Notes: a model not told the origin generated them from the letters alone. A DNA stretch of 64,000 nt from Candidatus Cottocaccamicrobium excrementipullorum (GCA_018713255.1 DVFL01000023.1:99820-163819); one strand, 5' to 3'. Counted from the first letter of the stretch, positions 17,370 through 27,723 are shown. A program made the numbers and translations.

Positions 17370-18773
17370 TCAGAAAGCAGTCTGCTGCAAGCGGCTTCTT
17401 TCGGGGCGCATTTTCCAGATTGCCCGAAGAAAATACATCAGAAACAGGAATCCCCAGGAAATTCCTTCGGCGTAGGCGATCACCATATTCCCCAAAAAGG
17501 AATCCAGGGAATAAGAAAGAACGATTCGGCAAAGCAGGGCCAGAATTCCGGCGGTGCTGGAAAAGATGACATCTCCTTTTCCCTCCAAATATCCGCGGAA
17601 GGCGGCGGAAAGGCCGTAGAGCAGATAAAATCCTGCCAGGCTCCGGAAAAAGTCGCTGCCAATCTTGGCGGATTGTGGGCTGACGCCGAACAAGGAGATC
17701 AGATGTCCTCCGGAGGGGATGACCAGAAGAGTCAGGACAACGGATACGATCACCATTAAAGAAGTGCCGGCAAATAAAATTTTGCGGGCCTTTTTTTCGT
17801 CCCCGGCGCCGTGACTTTGGGCGACCATGGTGGAAATGCCGGAGCCCAGGTTGATCATGGGAAGGATGGCGATGGAGTCTACCCGGTATGCAGTGGTGAT
17901 GGCAGCTACTGTCTGACTGCCGAAGCCGTTCATAAAGTTTTGCAGCACCAGATTGCCGGAGGCATTCACATTGGACTGAATCATAGGAGGAATTCCCAGC
18001 CGTATTCCTTGAACCAGGACAGAGCGGTTCAGGCTCATTTCCCTTAAGGAGAAGCGAAGAATTGGGTGCTTTTTCACGCTGTAGACCACCAGAAATATGG
18101 TCATGGCAGCTTGGGAGAGGACGGTGGCAGCTGCGGCTCCTGCAACGCCCCAATGAAGGACGGCGACCAGAAGAAGGTCAAGTCCTACATTGACCAGAGA
18201 GGAAACCAGTACGGCGAAAAAGGGGGCCCGGCTGTTTCCGATTCCTCTTAAAGCGGCGGCATAAACATTATATACCGCCATAAACGGTACTCCGGCGAAA
18301 ATGATCTTTAAGTAGTCCTCCGCCATGGCGATGGTATCGGGAGTGGTGTTTAACAGGCGCAGAATAACCGGAGTCAGAAAGAAGCCTGCGAGGGAAAGCA
18401 CCAGGAAAATTCCGCCAAGGAGCAGGGAAAAGGCAGCCAGGATGCTGGAAAGTTCATGGGTCTTTTGGCTTCCGTATTTTTGGGCAAAGAGAATGGACAG
18501 GCCCAAGGTAAAGCCGGTGATGGCTGTAAGATAGAAATTAATGGCGGTGCTGGTGGCTCCCACGGCAGCAAGAGCCAGCTCGCCGTTTACGTTGCCCACC
18601 ACAAAAGCATCGGCCCAGTTGTAGAGCTGCTGCAAAATGCCGCTTAAAATGAGAGGCAGGCTGAATTTTGCCAGGGCCAGGACAATGTTTTTCTGGGAGG
18701 CGCGGGAGGAAACGCCGCCGGAGGATGGACGGCGAAGGGGATGACGGGAGAATCTGGTGTTGGATCCGGTCAT
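17370..18773 (-). CDS. MATE family efflux transporter
   Basis: 12-TM-like protein with LPLILSGILQQLYNWADAFVVGN. Start trimmed to the ATG at 18771-18773 after AAAGGAG. Confidence 0.85.
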   Translation of the reverse strand: MTGSNTRFSRHPLRRPSSGGVSSRASQKNIVLALAKFSLPLILSGILQQLYNWADAFVVGNVNGELALAAVGATSTAINFYLTAITGFTLGLSILFAQKYGSQKTHELSSILAAFSLLLGGIFLVLSLAGFFLTPVILRLLNTTPDTIAMAEDYLKIIFAGVPFMAVYNVYAAALRGIGNSRAPFFAVLVSSLVNVGLDLLLVAVLHWGVAGAAAATVLSQAAMTIFLVVYSVKKHPILRFSLREMSLNRSVLVQGIRLGIPPMIQSNVNASGNLVLQNFMNGFGSQTVAAITTAYRVDSIAILPMINLGSGISTMVAQSHGAGDEKKARKILFAGTSLMVIVSVVLTLLVIPSGGHLISLFGVSPQSAKIGSDFFRSLAGFYLLYGLSAAFRGYLEGKGDVIFSSTAGILALLCRIVLSYSLDSFLGNMVIAYAEGISWGFLFLMYFLRAIWKMRPERSRLQQTAF

Positions 18774-19003
18774 AAGAATGCTCCTTTCTGGATGGTTTAT
18801 TGTTTGATCTTTGCAGGCAGACAAAAAGGCATTCATCCATTAACCTTATAGCACAAATGTGCCGTACCTGCAGTTAATGGCTGAATGCCTTTACGATCGA
18901 CCTTACCCGGTGATAAAGGATCAGCGGATGTATCATATTGTTCAATGAGTATACCAGGGATTTTCCATCTTGTCAATTCTGGAAAAGGATTCTGGAAGCA
19001 GGG

Positions 19004-19873
19004 TTATTGTACAGGCGTGGTTTTCGGCTGGTACTGCTTCCGGTATTTTAAGGGGGACATTCCGGCATATTTGCGGAATATCCGCTCAAAGTAGGTAATG
19101 GAATCATATCCGGAAAGCTCGGCGATTTCAGTAATGCTGTCAGCAGTTGAAAGGAGCAGACGCCTGGCCTTCTGGATCCGGCAAAGATTGATGTATTCAT
19201 TGATGGTAAACCCGGTAGCCTCTCGAAAAATCCGTCCCAGATAAGATTTGTTCATGAAAAAGTGCCTGGCGATGGTCTCTAACGACATAGGCTGCGTGTG
19301 GTTGGCGCTGATGTAAGCGGCTACCTGATCGGCGGTCTGATGTCTTTTGGTGGCGGCGAGAAAGGGGGAAGGGGGGATGGAAGCTGAACGGCGGAGCACT
19401 TGGATAAACAGGCAGGATAAGCAGGAGAATACTACCTGCCGGTATCCGGCGTCCTTTTCTGCCAGTTCCTTGGCGATTCGGGAGAATAAAGCTTCCGCCA
19501 GCCGGGCGTCCTCTGGGGGAAAGGAGATTACGCCGCGGCACTGCTGAAAGAAGGCGGAGAGGGAAACTTCTCCTGTAAAGGCAAAGAATTGGGCCAATGC
19601 TTCTTCCTCCAGACTTAACAGAATCCGTTCATGGCTTCCCTGGCCTGCCTGGCTGGTCAGGTGAATCTGGCTCCGGTCAATGAGCACCAGACAGCCTGCC
19701 TGAATGTGGTAGGTTTTCTGATCAATAAAATAGTATCGCTCTCCCTGAGTTAAGTAGTAGATTTCATATTCTTCGTGAAGATGAGTGTGTTCCATGGTAA
19801 AGCCGGGATCCCGCCGGATCCGGCTGATGGAGATTCCTTCCATGGATTCATTATAGAGAATGGTTTCCCTCAT
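19004..19873 (-). CDS. AraC family transcriptional regulator (cupin sensor + HTH)
   Basis: 289 aa. C-terminal SLETIARHFFMNKSYLGRIFREATG...SGYDSITYFERIFRKYAGMSPLKYR. Confidence 0.85.
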   Translation of the reverse strand: MRETILYNESMEGISISRIRRDPGFTMEHTHLHEEYEIYYLTQGERYYFIDQKTYHIQAGCLVLIDRSQIHLTSQAGQGSHERILLSLEEEALAQFFAFTGEVSLSAFFQQCRGVISFPPEDARLAEALFSRIAKELAEKDAGYRQVVFSCLSCLFIQVLRRSASIPPSPFLAATKRHQTADQVAAYISANHTQPMSLETIARHFFMNKSYLGRIFREATGFTINEYINLCRIQKARRLLLSTADSITEIAELSGYDSITYFERIFRKYAGMSPLKYRKQYQPKTTPVQ

Positions 19874-20025
19874 AAGATTCTCCTTATTTCAGTACATATT
19901 GTACGAAAAATACCAGAATAAATCGAAATTCTGTAAGATTATTGTCTGATTATTATAGTATAATGAGAGACACAAAGCAAGAGAAAAGGAACGCAGAAGA
20001 AGGCGTCCAAAAGGAGGAGAAGGCG

Positions 20026-21432
20026 ATGAAGTGCATAAATAATCGTGCAGATCAGGTGACCATAGCGTATATTGGAGGGGGATCTAGAGGCTGGGCCTGG
20101 AAGTTTATGACGGATTTGGCCCTGGAGCCGGCCATGAGCGGAACCATCCGTCTGTATGACATTGATGAGGAGGCGGCGAAGGCTAATGAGGTAATCGGAA
20201 ACCGGGTATCTCAGAGACCGGAGGCCGTGGGCAAATGGCATTATGAAACCTGCGGAAGCCTGAAAGAGGCTTTGACCGGCACGGATTTTGTGGTTATTTC
20301 CATTTTACCGGGAACTTTTGATGAGATGGCGGTGGACGTGCATCTTCCGGAGCGGCTGGGGATTTACCAGTCTGTTGGAGACACAGCTGGTCCAGGGGGG
20401 ATGATGCGGGCCCTTCGGACGATTCCCATGTTTGTGGAAATCGCCCAGGCCATTAAGGCGTATGCGCCTGAGGCGTGGGTGATCAACTATACGAACCCCA
20501 TGTCCCTCTGCGTAAAGACTTTGTACCATGTTTTCCCCAACATCAAGGCTTTCGGCTGCTGCCATGAGGTGTTTGGAACCCAGAAGGTGTTAAAGGGTAT
20601 TCTGGAAAAAACCATGGGCTTATCTGGAATAGACCGGAGGGATATTCATGTCAATGTGCTGGGGATTAATCATTTTACCTGGTTTGATTATGCTTCCTAT
20701 GAAGGCATTGATTTGTTCCCGGTGTACCGGAAGTATATTCAGGAGCATTTTGAAGAAGGGTATCAGGAAGAGGGAAGAGACTGGAAGAAAAATACCTTCG
20801 ACTGCGCCCATCGGGTAAAATTTGATTTGTTTAACCGGTACGGTTTAATTGCGGCGGCAGGGGACCGGCATCTGGCGGAGTTTATGCCGGGAGATGAATA
20901 TTTGAAGGATCCAGAAACGGTGGCCGGCTGGAAATTTGGCTTGACTACAGTGGACTGGAGAAAGAATGATCTTAAGGAGCGTCTGGCCAAGAGCCGCCGC
21001 CTTTTAACTGGAGAGGAAGAGGTGGAGCTTAAGCCTACGGGAGAAGAGGGAATTCTGCTGATCAAGGCTCTGTGCGGTTTGTGCCGGGTAGTCAGCAATG
21101 TGAATATTCCCAATTCCGGCGGGCAGATTGCAAATCTTCCAAGAGAGGCAGTAGTAGAAACCAACGCCCTGTTTGAGCGGGACGCGATTCGTCCTGTGCT
21201 GGCGGGAACACTGCCAGAAACTGTACGGGAGCTGATCATGCCCCATGTGGAAAATCACGAGCGGATTTTAAAGGCAGCGCTGACCTGTGACAAGGAGCTG
21301 GTGGTCCAGGCCTTTATGCATGATCCTTTAGTTAAGGGGAAGAAGGCAAAAGAGGAGGATGTGCGTCTGCTGATTGACGAGATGATCGAGGGAACAAAGA
21401 AGTACCTGCCGGAGGGATGGACCAAGGCATAA
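20026..21432 (+). CDS. Glycoside hydrolase family 4 (NAD-dependent alpha-glucosidase/alpha-galactosidase/alpha-galacturonidase-like)
   Basis: N-terminal Rossmann motif IAYIGGGSRGWA, NYTNPM and FGCCHEV motifs. ATG at 20026 follows AAGGAGGAG. Confidence 0.8.
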   Translation: MKCINNRADQVTIAYIGGGSRGWAWKFMTDLALEPAMSGTIRLYDIDEEAAKANEVIGNRVSQRPEAVGKWHYETCGSLKEALTGTDFVVISILPGTFDEMAVDVHLPERLGIYQSVGDTAGPGGMMRALRTIPMFVEIAQAIKAYAPEAWVINYTNPMSLCVKTLYHVFPNIKAFGCCHEVFGTQKVLKGILEKTMGLSGIDRRDIHVNVLGINHFTWFDYASYEGIDLFPVYRKYIQEHFEEGYQEEGRDWKKNTFDCAHRVKFDLFNRYGLIAAAGDRHLAEFMPGDEYLKDPETVAGWKFGLTTVDWRKNDLKERLAKSRRLLTGEEEVELKPTGEEGILLIKALCGLCRVVSNVNIPNSGGQIANLPREAVVETNALFERDAIRPVLAGTLPETVRELIMPHVENHERILKAALTCDKELVVQAFMHDPLVKGKKAKEEDVRLLIDEMIEGTKKYLPEGWTKA

Positions 21433-21463
21433 AGTCTGTTGAAAAAAGGAATAAGGGAAAACA

Positions 21464-21503
21464 AAAAGCCGGAATCTGAGAGAATCGGATTTCCGGCTTT
21501 TTG
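21464..21503 (+). terminator. Rho-independent terminator after the GH4 gene
   Basis: AAAAAGCCGGAATC...GATTTCCGGCTTTTT. Confidence 0.6.
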
Positions 21504-21624
21504 CTTGAAAAATTTTTTGTTCACAAATAAAACCAGCTGTGTTATCATAAAACACATGTGAGAAAAAGCGGTGATTTCCAAGCCATGAAACCTTAAGGCA
21601 GAGAAAGAAAGCGAGGATGTACAA

Positions 21625-22494
21625 ATGAAAATCAGAGATATTCTGGCGGAAGGAAGACCAACTCTTTCCTTTGAAGTATTTCCGCCAAAGACTCAGGACA
21701 AATATGAAAGTGTGGAGAAGGCGGCCTTTGCCATTGCCGCGCTGAAGCCGGATTTTATGAGTGTAACCTACGGCGCAGGAGGGGGGACCAGTCAGTATAC
21801 GGTGCAGATTGCGGCAGATATTAAGGAGCGTTACGGCGTTCCCTCTCTGGCTCATCTTACCTGTGTTTCTTCCACCAGAGAGAAGGTTCATCAGGTCTTG
21901 GAAGAGCTGAAAGAAAAGGGGATTGAAAATATCCTGGCTCTGCGGGGGGATATTCCGGCAGATGGGAAGGTGGAGAAAGATTATCAGTATGCTTCCCAGC
22001 TGATTAATGAGATTAAGCAGGCAGGGGATTTTTGTATCGGAGCGGCCTGCTATCCTGAGGGTCATGTGGAATCTGTCAATAAGACGGAGGATATCCTTCA
22101 TCTGAAGGAAAAGGTTGATGCCGGCTGTGATTTTGTGACTACCCAGATGTTTTTTGACAACAATATTTTATACAATTATCTGTACCGCATCCGGGAAAAA
22201 GGGATTACGGTGCCGGTGATTGCCGGAATTATGCCGGTTACCCATGCTTCCCAGGTGAAACGGATTTGCGGAATGTCAGGAACGTATCTTCCTGCCCGGT
22301 TTAAGGCTATTGTAGACCGGTTCGGAGATAATCCGGCGGCGATGAAGCAGGCGGGAATCGCCTATGCCACTGAGCAGATTATTGATCTGGTGGCTAATGG
22401 AGTAAACGGAATTCATGTTTATTCCATGAACAAGCCTGATGTGGCAGCCAAAATTAAGGAAAGTCTGTCAGAAATTATCGGGCCAAAGGCCTGA
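21625..22494 (+). CDS. metF: Methylenetetrahydrofolate reductase
   Basis: 289 aa. SFEVFPPKT, VTYGAGG, AHLTC, LRGD and QMFFD are hallmark MetF motifs. Confidence 0.9.
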   Translation: MKIRDILAEGRPTLSFEVFPPKTQDKYESVEKAAFAIAALKPDFMSVTYGAGGGTSQYTVQIAADIKERYGVPSLAHLTCVSSTREKVHQVLEELKEKGIENILALRGDIPADGKVEKDYQYASQLINEIKQAGDFCIGAACYPEGHVESVNKTEDILHLKEKVDAGCDFVTTQMFFDNNILYNYLYRIREKGITVPVIAGIMPVTHASQVKRICGMSGTYLPARFKAIVDRFGDNPAAMKQAGIAYATEQIIDLVANGVNGIHVYSMNKPDVAAKIKESLSEIIGPKA

Positions 22495-22568
22495 GAAGGT
22501 CTGATGTGAAAACTGCCGTCAGGCGGAAGGAATGAAGTTCAGCAACGCCAGAGAAAGAAGGGACAGCC

Positions 22569-23210
22569 ATGGATGCAGACAGAAAAGAAATCCTGCGATA
22601 TCTTGGATATCGGGGGCAGGAAGCCGAAGAGCAGGTAAAGGCTTTGATTGAAAGCTGTGTAGACCAGCTTTCTGCGGCGGCGGATCCCAGATCCGCTTAT
22701 CGGGAATTTCCTCTTAAGCTCCTTCCTGATCATATGATCGATGGAGGGTGTTTTCAGGCCAAAAGCCGGAATCTGGCCAAGAATCTTAAGGACTGTACTT
22801 CGGTGGTGGTGTTTGCCGCTACCTTAGGGCTGGGAGTGGATCACCTGCTGCAGAAGTACAGCCGGCTGGAGATGAGCAGAGCAGTGGTGATGCAGGCCGG
22901 GGCTGCAGCGATGATTGAGGATTACTGCAATCAAATATGCACAGGACTGCGAAAAGAATATGAAGAGCGGGGGCTTTATCTCAGGCCGAGATTCAGTCCG
23001 GGATATGGCGATTTTCCCCTGGACTGTCAGCCGGCTCTTTTAGAAGGAATTCAGGCAGGGAAGCGGCTGGGTATCCGCCTTACGGACAGTTTCCTGATGA
23101 TGCCCTCGAAATCGGTGACTGCGGTGATGGGCGTGGGGAAAACGCCTTACCGCTGCGTGGTGGAAGGCTGCGAGGCCTGCGGCAAAAAAGACTGCCCTTA
23201 TCGGCGGTAA
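22569..23210 (+). CDS. Stand-alone vitamin-B12-dependent methionine synthase activation (reactivation) domain protein
   Basis: 213 aa. RFSPGYGDFPL and the C-terminal Cys cluster CVVEGCEACGKKDCPYR are typical of the separate Met_synt_B12 domain proteins in clostridia. Confidence 0.75.
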   Translation: MDADRKEILRYLGYRGQEAEEQVKALIESCVDQLSAAADPRSAYREFPLKLLPDHMIDGGCFQAKSRNLAKNLKDCTSVVVFAATLGLGVDHLLQKYSRLEMSRAVVMQAGAAAMIEDYCNQICTGLRKEYEERGLYLRPRFSPGYGDFPLDCQPALLEGIQAGKRLGIRLTDSFLMMPSKSVTAVMGVGKTPYRCVVEGCEACGKKDCPYRR

Positions 23211-23236
23211 ACTTGAAGACAGAAAGGCAGAAGCAT

Positions 23237-25735
23237 ATGGAACGTTTGGTAGATTGGATGAAACATCATCGGGTATATTTTGACGGCGGCATGGGAAGCC
23301 TGCTTCAGGAACAGGGGCTGGCTGCCGGAGAACTGCCGGAGACCTGGAATCTTCTTCACCCTGAGGTGTTGGTGGATATCCACCGCAGTTACCTGGAGGC
23401 CGGGGCAAATATCATGACTACGAATACCTTTGGGGCTAACCGCTTAAAGTATCCGGAGGGCGGAGAGTGGAAGCTTGAAGAACTGGTGCAGGCCGGAGTG
23501 GAGAATGCGGCTGAAGCCAGACGTGGTTACGAGGAGGCCTGCAAAAAGGACGGTCGGGAATGTCAGCCTTCTTTTATCGCCCTGGATCTGGGGCCTACGG
23601 GAAAGCTGTTGAAACCCTATGGCGATCTGGAGTTTGAAGATGCGGTGACCCTTTACCAGGAAGTCATCAAGACCGGCGTGAAGGCAGGCGCGGAGCTGAT
23701 TCTGATTGAAACCATGAGCGACAGCCTGGAGGTGAAGGCGGCGGTTTTGGCGGCCAAGGAAAACTGCAGCCTGCCGGTATTTGCCACCATGGCCTTTGAT
23801 GAAAAGGGAAAGCTTCTTACCGGAGGAGATGTGGAATCGATTACTGCTCTTTTGGAAGGACTGCGGGTCGATGCATTAGGCTTAAACTGCGGTCTGGGGC
23901 CGGAGCAGATGGCGCCCATTGCTCAGCGGCTTGTGGAGGTCAGTTCAACGCCGGTGATTGTAAATCCTAATGCAGGTCTGCCCCGAAGCGAGGGATTTCG
24001 GACGGTATATGATATTAATGCCGATCAGTTTGCCCAGAAGATGCGGGAAATCGCCCAGATGGGCGTGTTTATGATGGGAGGCTGCTGCGGCACCACTCCG
24101 GAGCACATCAGGAAGCTTAAGGCGGCCTGTGATGATCTGCCGGTGTGCCTGCCGAAGAAAAAGGGACGGACGGTGATCTGTTCTTATGCCACCACCGTAG
24201 AATTCGGCGGAAAGCCGGTGATAATCGGAGAACGGATTAATCCTACGGGAAAGAAAAAATTCAAGCAGGCTCTTCGGGATCATGACATGGAGTATATTCT
24301 GAAAGAGGGCGTGGCACAGCAGGAGAATGGCGCTCATGTGCTGGATGTTAACGTGGGCCTTCCGGAAATTGACGAACCTGCCATGATGGAGGAGGCGGTG
24401 AAGGAGCTTCAGGCGGTGATTGATCTGCCTCTGCAGATTGATACCTCCAATGTGGAGGCCATGGAGCGGGCTCTTCGCTGCTACAATGGAAAAGCTCTGG
24501 TAAATTCTGTAAATGGGAAAGAAGAAGTGATGGATGCCATCTTCCCTCTGGTGGCCAAGTACGGCGGCGTAGTGATTGGACTTGCCCTGGACGAAGAGGG
24601 AATTCCTGAGACGGCTCAGGGGCGGATTAAGGTGGCAGAAAAGATTTATGCCCGGGCGGCAGAGTATGGCATCGGGGCGGAGGATATTATCATTGACGGT
24701 TTGTGCATGACCATCAGCTCAGACAGCCAGGGCGCGGTGACCACTTTGGAGACGCTGCGGAGAGTGCGGGATGAACTTGGGGGAAAAACTATCCTGGGCG
24801 TTTCCAATATTTCTTTTGGACTGCCTCAGCGGGAGATCATCAACTCGGCCTTCTTTACTATGGCTCTTCATGACGGATTAAGCGCGGCGATTATTAACCC
24901 CAACAGTGAAGCGATGATGCGGGCTTATTACAGCTATTTGGCTTTGGCTGGTCTGGATCCTCAGTGCGGGGAATATATTTCTATTTACGGCAGCCAGCCG
25001 GCAGTAAGTCTGGGGTCTACTTTGGGACGCCGGGGATTTAAGGAAGCATCCGGCCAGCCGGAGAAAGGCGGAAGCCTTTCAGGAGGAAGCGCAGGACCGG
25101 GAGGAGAGCTTTCGTTAGCAGACGCCATTATCAAGGGATTAAAGGAAGCCTCCTTTGCCGGGGCTAAGAGCCTTTTGGCGGATCATGATCCCTTGGATGT
25201 CATTAATCAGGAAATCATTCCCGCTCTGGATGTGGTGGGAAAAGGATTTGAGAAGGGAACCGTATTCCTTCCCCAGCTTCTAATGAGCGCTGAGGCAGCG
25301 AAAGCGGCCTTTGAGGTGATTAAAGAGCAGATGAGCCGTTCTGGTCAGCAGCAGGAGCCGAAAGGAACCATTGTTCTGGCTACGGTGAAAGGAGACATTC
25401 ACGATATCGGAAAGAATATTGTGAAGGTGCTGCTGGAAAATTACAGTTATCAGGTAGTGGATCTGGGGAAGGATGTGCCTCCGGAGACGGTGACAGAGAC
25501 GGCGGTCCGTTTACATGTGCCCCTGGTGGGATTAAGCGCGTTGATGACCACCACAGTGCCAAGCATGGCGGAGACCATTCGCCAGCTCCGTCAGGATGCG
25601 CCGTGGGTGAAGGTGATGGTAGGCGGCGCAGTGTTAACTCAGGAATACGCTGATTCCATCGGCGCTGATCAATACTGTTCTGATGCTATGGCTTCGGTGA
25701 ATTATGCGGAAGCTGTGTTTGGAAAGAAAAATTAA
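23237..25735 (+). CDS. metH: Methionine synthase core (Hcy S-methyltransferase + pterin-binding + B12-binding domains; no activation domain)
   Basis: FDGGMGS..., GGCCGTTPEHI, pterin-binding region, B12 motif GDIHDIGKNIV, SALMTTT. Start at the ATG at 23237 is preferred over the TTG at 23213. Confidence 0.9.
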   Translation: MERLVDWMKHHRVYFDGGMGSLLQEQGLAAGELPETWNLLHPEVLVDIHRSYLEAGANIMTTNTFGANRLKYPEGGEWKLEELVQAGVENAAEARRGYEEACKKDGRECQPSFIALDLGPTGKLLKPYGDLEFEDAVTLYQEVIKTGVKAGAELILIETMSDSLEVKAAVLAAKENCSLPVFATMAFDEKGKLLTGGDVESITALLEGLRVDALGLNCGLGPEQMAPIAQRLVEVSSTPVIVNPNAGLPRSEGFRTVYDINADQFAQKMREIAQMGVFMMGGCCGTTPEHIRKLKAACDDLPVCLPKKKGRTVICSYATTVEFGGKPVIIGERINPTGKKKFKQALRDHDMEYILKEGVAQQENGAHVLDVNVGLPEIDEPAMMEEAVKELQAVIDLPLQIDTSNVEAMERALRCYNGKALVNSVNGKEEVMDAIFPLVAKYGGVVIGLALDEEGIPETAQGRIKVAEKIYARAAEYGIGAEDIIIDGLCMTISSDSQGAVTTLETLRRVRDELGGKTILGVSNISFGLPQREIINSAFFTMALHDGLSAAIINPNSEAMMRAYYSYLALAGLDPQCGEYISIYGSQPAVSLGSTLGRRGFKEASGQPEKGGSLSGGSAGPGGELSLADAIIKGLKEASFAGAKSLLADHDPLDVINQEIIPALDVVGKGFEKGTVFLPQLLMSAEAAKAAFEVIKEQMSRSGQQQEPKGTIVLATVKGDIHDIGKNIVKVLLENYSYQVVDLGKDVPPETVTETAVRLHVPLVGLSALMTTTVPSMAETIRQLRQDAPWVKVMVGGAVLTQEYADSIGADQYCSDAMASVNYAEAVFGKKN

Positions 25736-25758
25736 AATCTAAGAAAATGAAAAAAAGG

Positions 25759-25787
25759 TTGACAACAAAAAGAGAATGTAGTAAATT
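25759..25787 (+). promoter_or_regulatory. Sigma-A-type promoter of the trp operon
   Basis: TTGACA (25759-25764), 17 nt, TAAATT (25782-25787). Confidence 0.5.
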
Positions 25788-25789
25788 GT

Positions 25790-26157
25790 CTTTAAAATTG
25801 AATCAGCGAACTAAACCGATGAAGTGGAGATAAAAACAGACCGTGCACTTACAGAGAGCCTGTCAGGCTGAGAGCAGGCAGAACGCAGACTGTTAAATGG
25901 ACCACCGAGGGCGCTGTCAAAGGCCGGTTTCCGGCTGAGTATTCAGCGACGTGAGTCACGCGTCAGATGACGGGAATATGTTAGTATTCTGCTAAGTGCA
26001 CGAAGTATTTCGTGAATCAAGGTGGCACCGCGGGCCTTATTTTCCTATCGTGAAAAGAAGAATCCGGACTCTCAGGGGAGAAGGATTCTTATCTGATCGG
26101 ACCCCCCGTCCTTGACTGGATAGATGATATCCATGTCAGGACGGGGGTTTTTTTGTT
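25790..26157 (+). promoter_or_regulatory. T-box riboswitch leader, tryptophan-specific, with intrinsic terminator
   Basis: AGAGAG-type stem I element. Candidate specifier UGG-A at 25898-25901. T-box sequence AATCAAGGTGGCACCGCG at 26015-26032. Terminator CCCCCGTCCTTGAC...GTCAGGACGGGGG plus a T-run at 26100-26157. trpE lies directly downstream. Confidence 0.8.
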
Positions 26158-26214
26158 CCGGTAAAACTCCACAGGCAGAAGAAAAGCGCGATTCAGGATA
26201 AGGAGGACAAAAGG

Positions 26215-27723
26215 ATGATGACACTGGAAGAAGTAAGAAAAACAGGAGCGGGAGGAGGATACGGATACCGGCGGGTTCCTGTATGCCGGGAGCTGTATTC
26301 AGACCAGTACACTCCCCTTCAGGTGCTGAGAAGGTTAAAGGCGGTGAGCAGCCATTGTTATCTTTTGGAGAGCGTGGAGGATTCCAGACAATGGGGGCGG
26401 TATACGTTTTTAGGCTATGAGCCGGCTATGGAGATTGTCTGCCGGGGGAAAAAGGCGGTGATTACCGGACCGGACGGGGTGAGAGAAGAAAAAATAAATC
26501 ATCCTGGAGAGGTAATTCGGAAGATTCTTCGAGAATATAAAAGTCCAAAGGTAGAGGGAATGCCCACGTTTACCGGAGGTTTGGTAGGATATTTTTCTTA
26601 CGACTATGTGAAATACGGAGAACCGGTGCTGCAGGGAAATGATTTTCTGGAAAGAGGCGAAGAGACAGAAAGGCTTTCGGAGGATGAACCCTTCCCTGAT
26701 GTGGATTTGATGCTGTTTGACAAGGTTATCGCCTTTGACCAGTTCCGCCAGAAAATTCTGCTCATTGATAATGTGCGTCTGGATGATCTGGAGTCGGATT
26801 ATAAGAGAGCGGAAGCGTCTTTGAAAGAGATGGAGAGGCTGATCCGTCAGGGGCAGGAAGCGCCGGAAGAAGGACTTCGGCTGAAACGTGAGTTCCGGCC
26901 GGTTCTTACGAAAGATGAGTATTGCGCCATGGTGGAAAAAGGGAAAAAGTACATTCTGGAAGGAGATATTTTTCAAGTGGTGCTTTCCAATCGCCTGGAA
27001 GCAGAGATGGAGGGAAGTCTCCTTAATGCTTATCGGGTGTTGAGAACCACCAATCCATCCCCCTATATGTTTTATTTTTCCGGAAATGTGGAAATCGCCG
27101 GAGCTTCCCCGGAAACACTGGCGAAGGTTACCGACGGAAGGATTTCAACCTTTCCGTTGGCAGGAACAAGGCCAAGAGGAAAGACGGAGACGGAAGACCG
27201 GATGCTGGAAAAGGAGCTGCTGTCAGATGAAAAGGAACTGGCGGAGCATAATATGCTGGTGGATCTGGGACGGAACGATATTGGCCGGGTAAGCCAGATT
27301 GGATCGGTGAAGGTAGAAAAATATTTGGGCATTGAGCGCTATTCTCATGTAATGCATATTGGCTTCACCGTTACCGGAAAGCTTAGAGCGGATAAGGATG
27401 CCTTAGATGCCCTGGACGCTATTCTTCCGGCGGGAACCCTTTCCGGAGCTCCGAAGATCCGGGCCTGCCAGATTATTGACCAGCTGGAAGGAGGACGCCG
27501 GGGGCTTTACGGCGGGGCTGTGGGATATTTGGATTTCTCCGGGAATATGGATGTGTGCATTGCTATCCGGCTGGCCTACGCAAGAAAGGGAAAGGTAACC
27601 GTCCGAAGCGGAGCGGGGATTGTGGCAGACAGCGTTCCGGAAAAGGAATATGAGGAATGTTTAAATAAAGCAAGGGCCGTGTTGAATGCCATTGATACGG
27701 CGGGGAAAGGAGAAGACTTATGA
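26215..27723 (+). CDS. trpE: Anthranilate synthase component I
   Basis: 502 aa with typical TrpE motifs (LLESV, GDIFQVVLS, GAVGY). First gene after the T-box. Confidence 0.9.
   Translation: MMTLEEVRKTGAGGGYGYRRVPVCRELYSDQYTPLQVLRRLKAVSSHCYLLESVEDSRQWGRYTFLGYEPAMEIVCRGKKAVITGPDGVREEKINHPGEVIRKILREYKSPKVEGMPTFTGGLVGYFSYDYVKYGEPVLQGNDFLERGEETERLSEDEPFPDVDLMLFDKVIAFDQFRQKILLIDNVRLDDLESDYKRAEASLKEMERLIRQGQEAPEEGLRLKREFRPVLTKDEYCAMVEKGKKYILEGDIFQVVLSNRLEAEMEGSLLNAYRVLRTTNPSPYMFYFSGNVEIAGASPETLAKVTDGRISTFPLAGTRPRGKTETEDRMLEKELLSDEKELAEHNMLVDLGRNDIGRVSQIGSVKVEKYLGIERYSHVMHIGFTVTGKLRADKDALDALDAILPAGTLSGAPKIRACQIIDQLEGGRRGLYGGAVGYLDFSGNMDVCIAIRLAYARKGKVTVRSGAGIVADSVPEKEYEECLNKARAVLNAIDTAGKGEDL

Noticed and set aside
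17329-18153. 274-aa ORF in a second frame of the MATE transporter strand, plus several short ORFs in 17358-18840
   Set aside because: The Arg/Pro/Gly/Ser-rich translation is typical of an off-frame read through a membrane-protein gene. The MATE frame has a clear family signature.
21328-22101. 257-aa antisense ORF over metF. Similar long antisense ORFs occur at 29007-29669, 33127-33768, 34364-35021, 57523-58449, 58463-59410 and 60176-61063
   Set aside because: All lie opposite strongly supported conserved genes (metF, trpD/C, the kinase, znuA, addB, addA). They lack RBSs and recognisable domains and are best explained by codon-composition artefacts.
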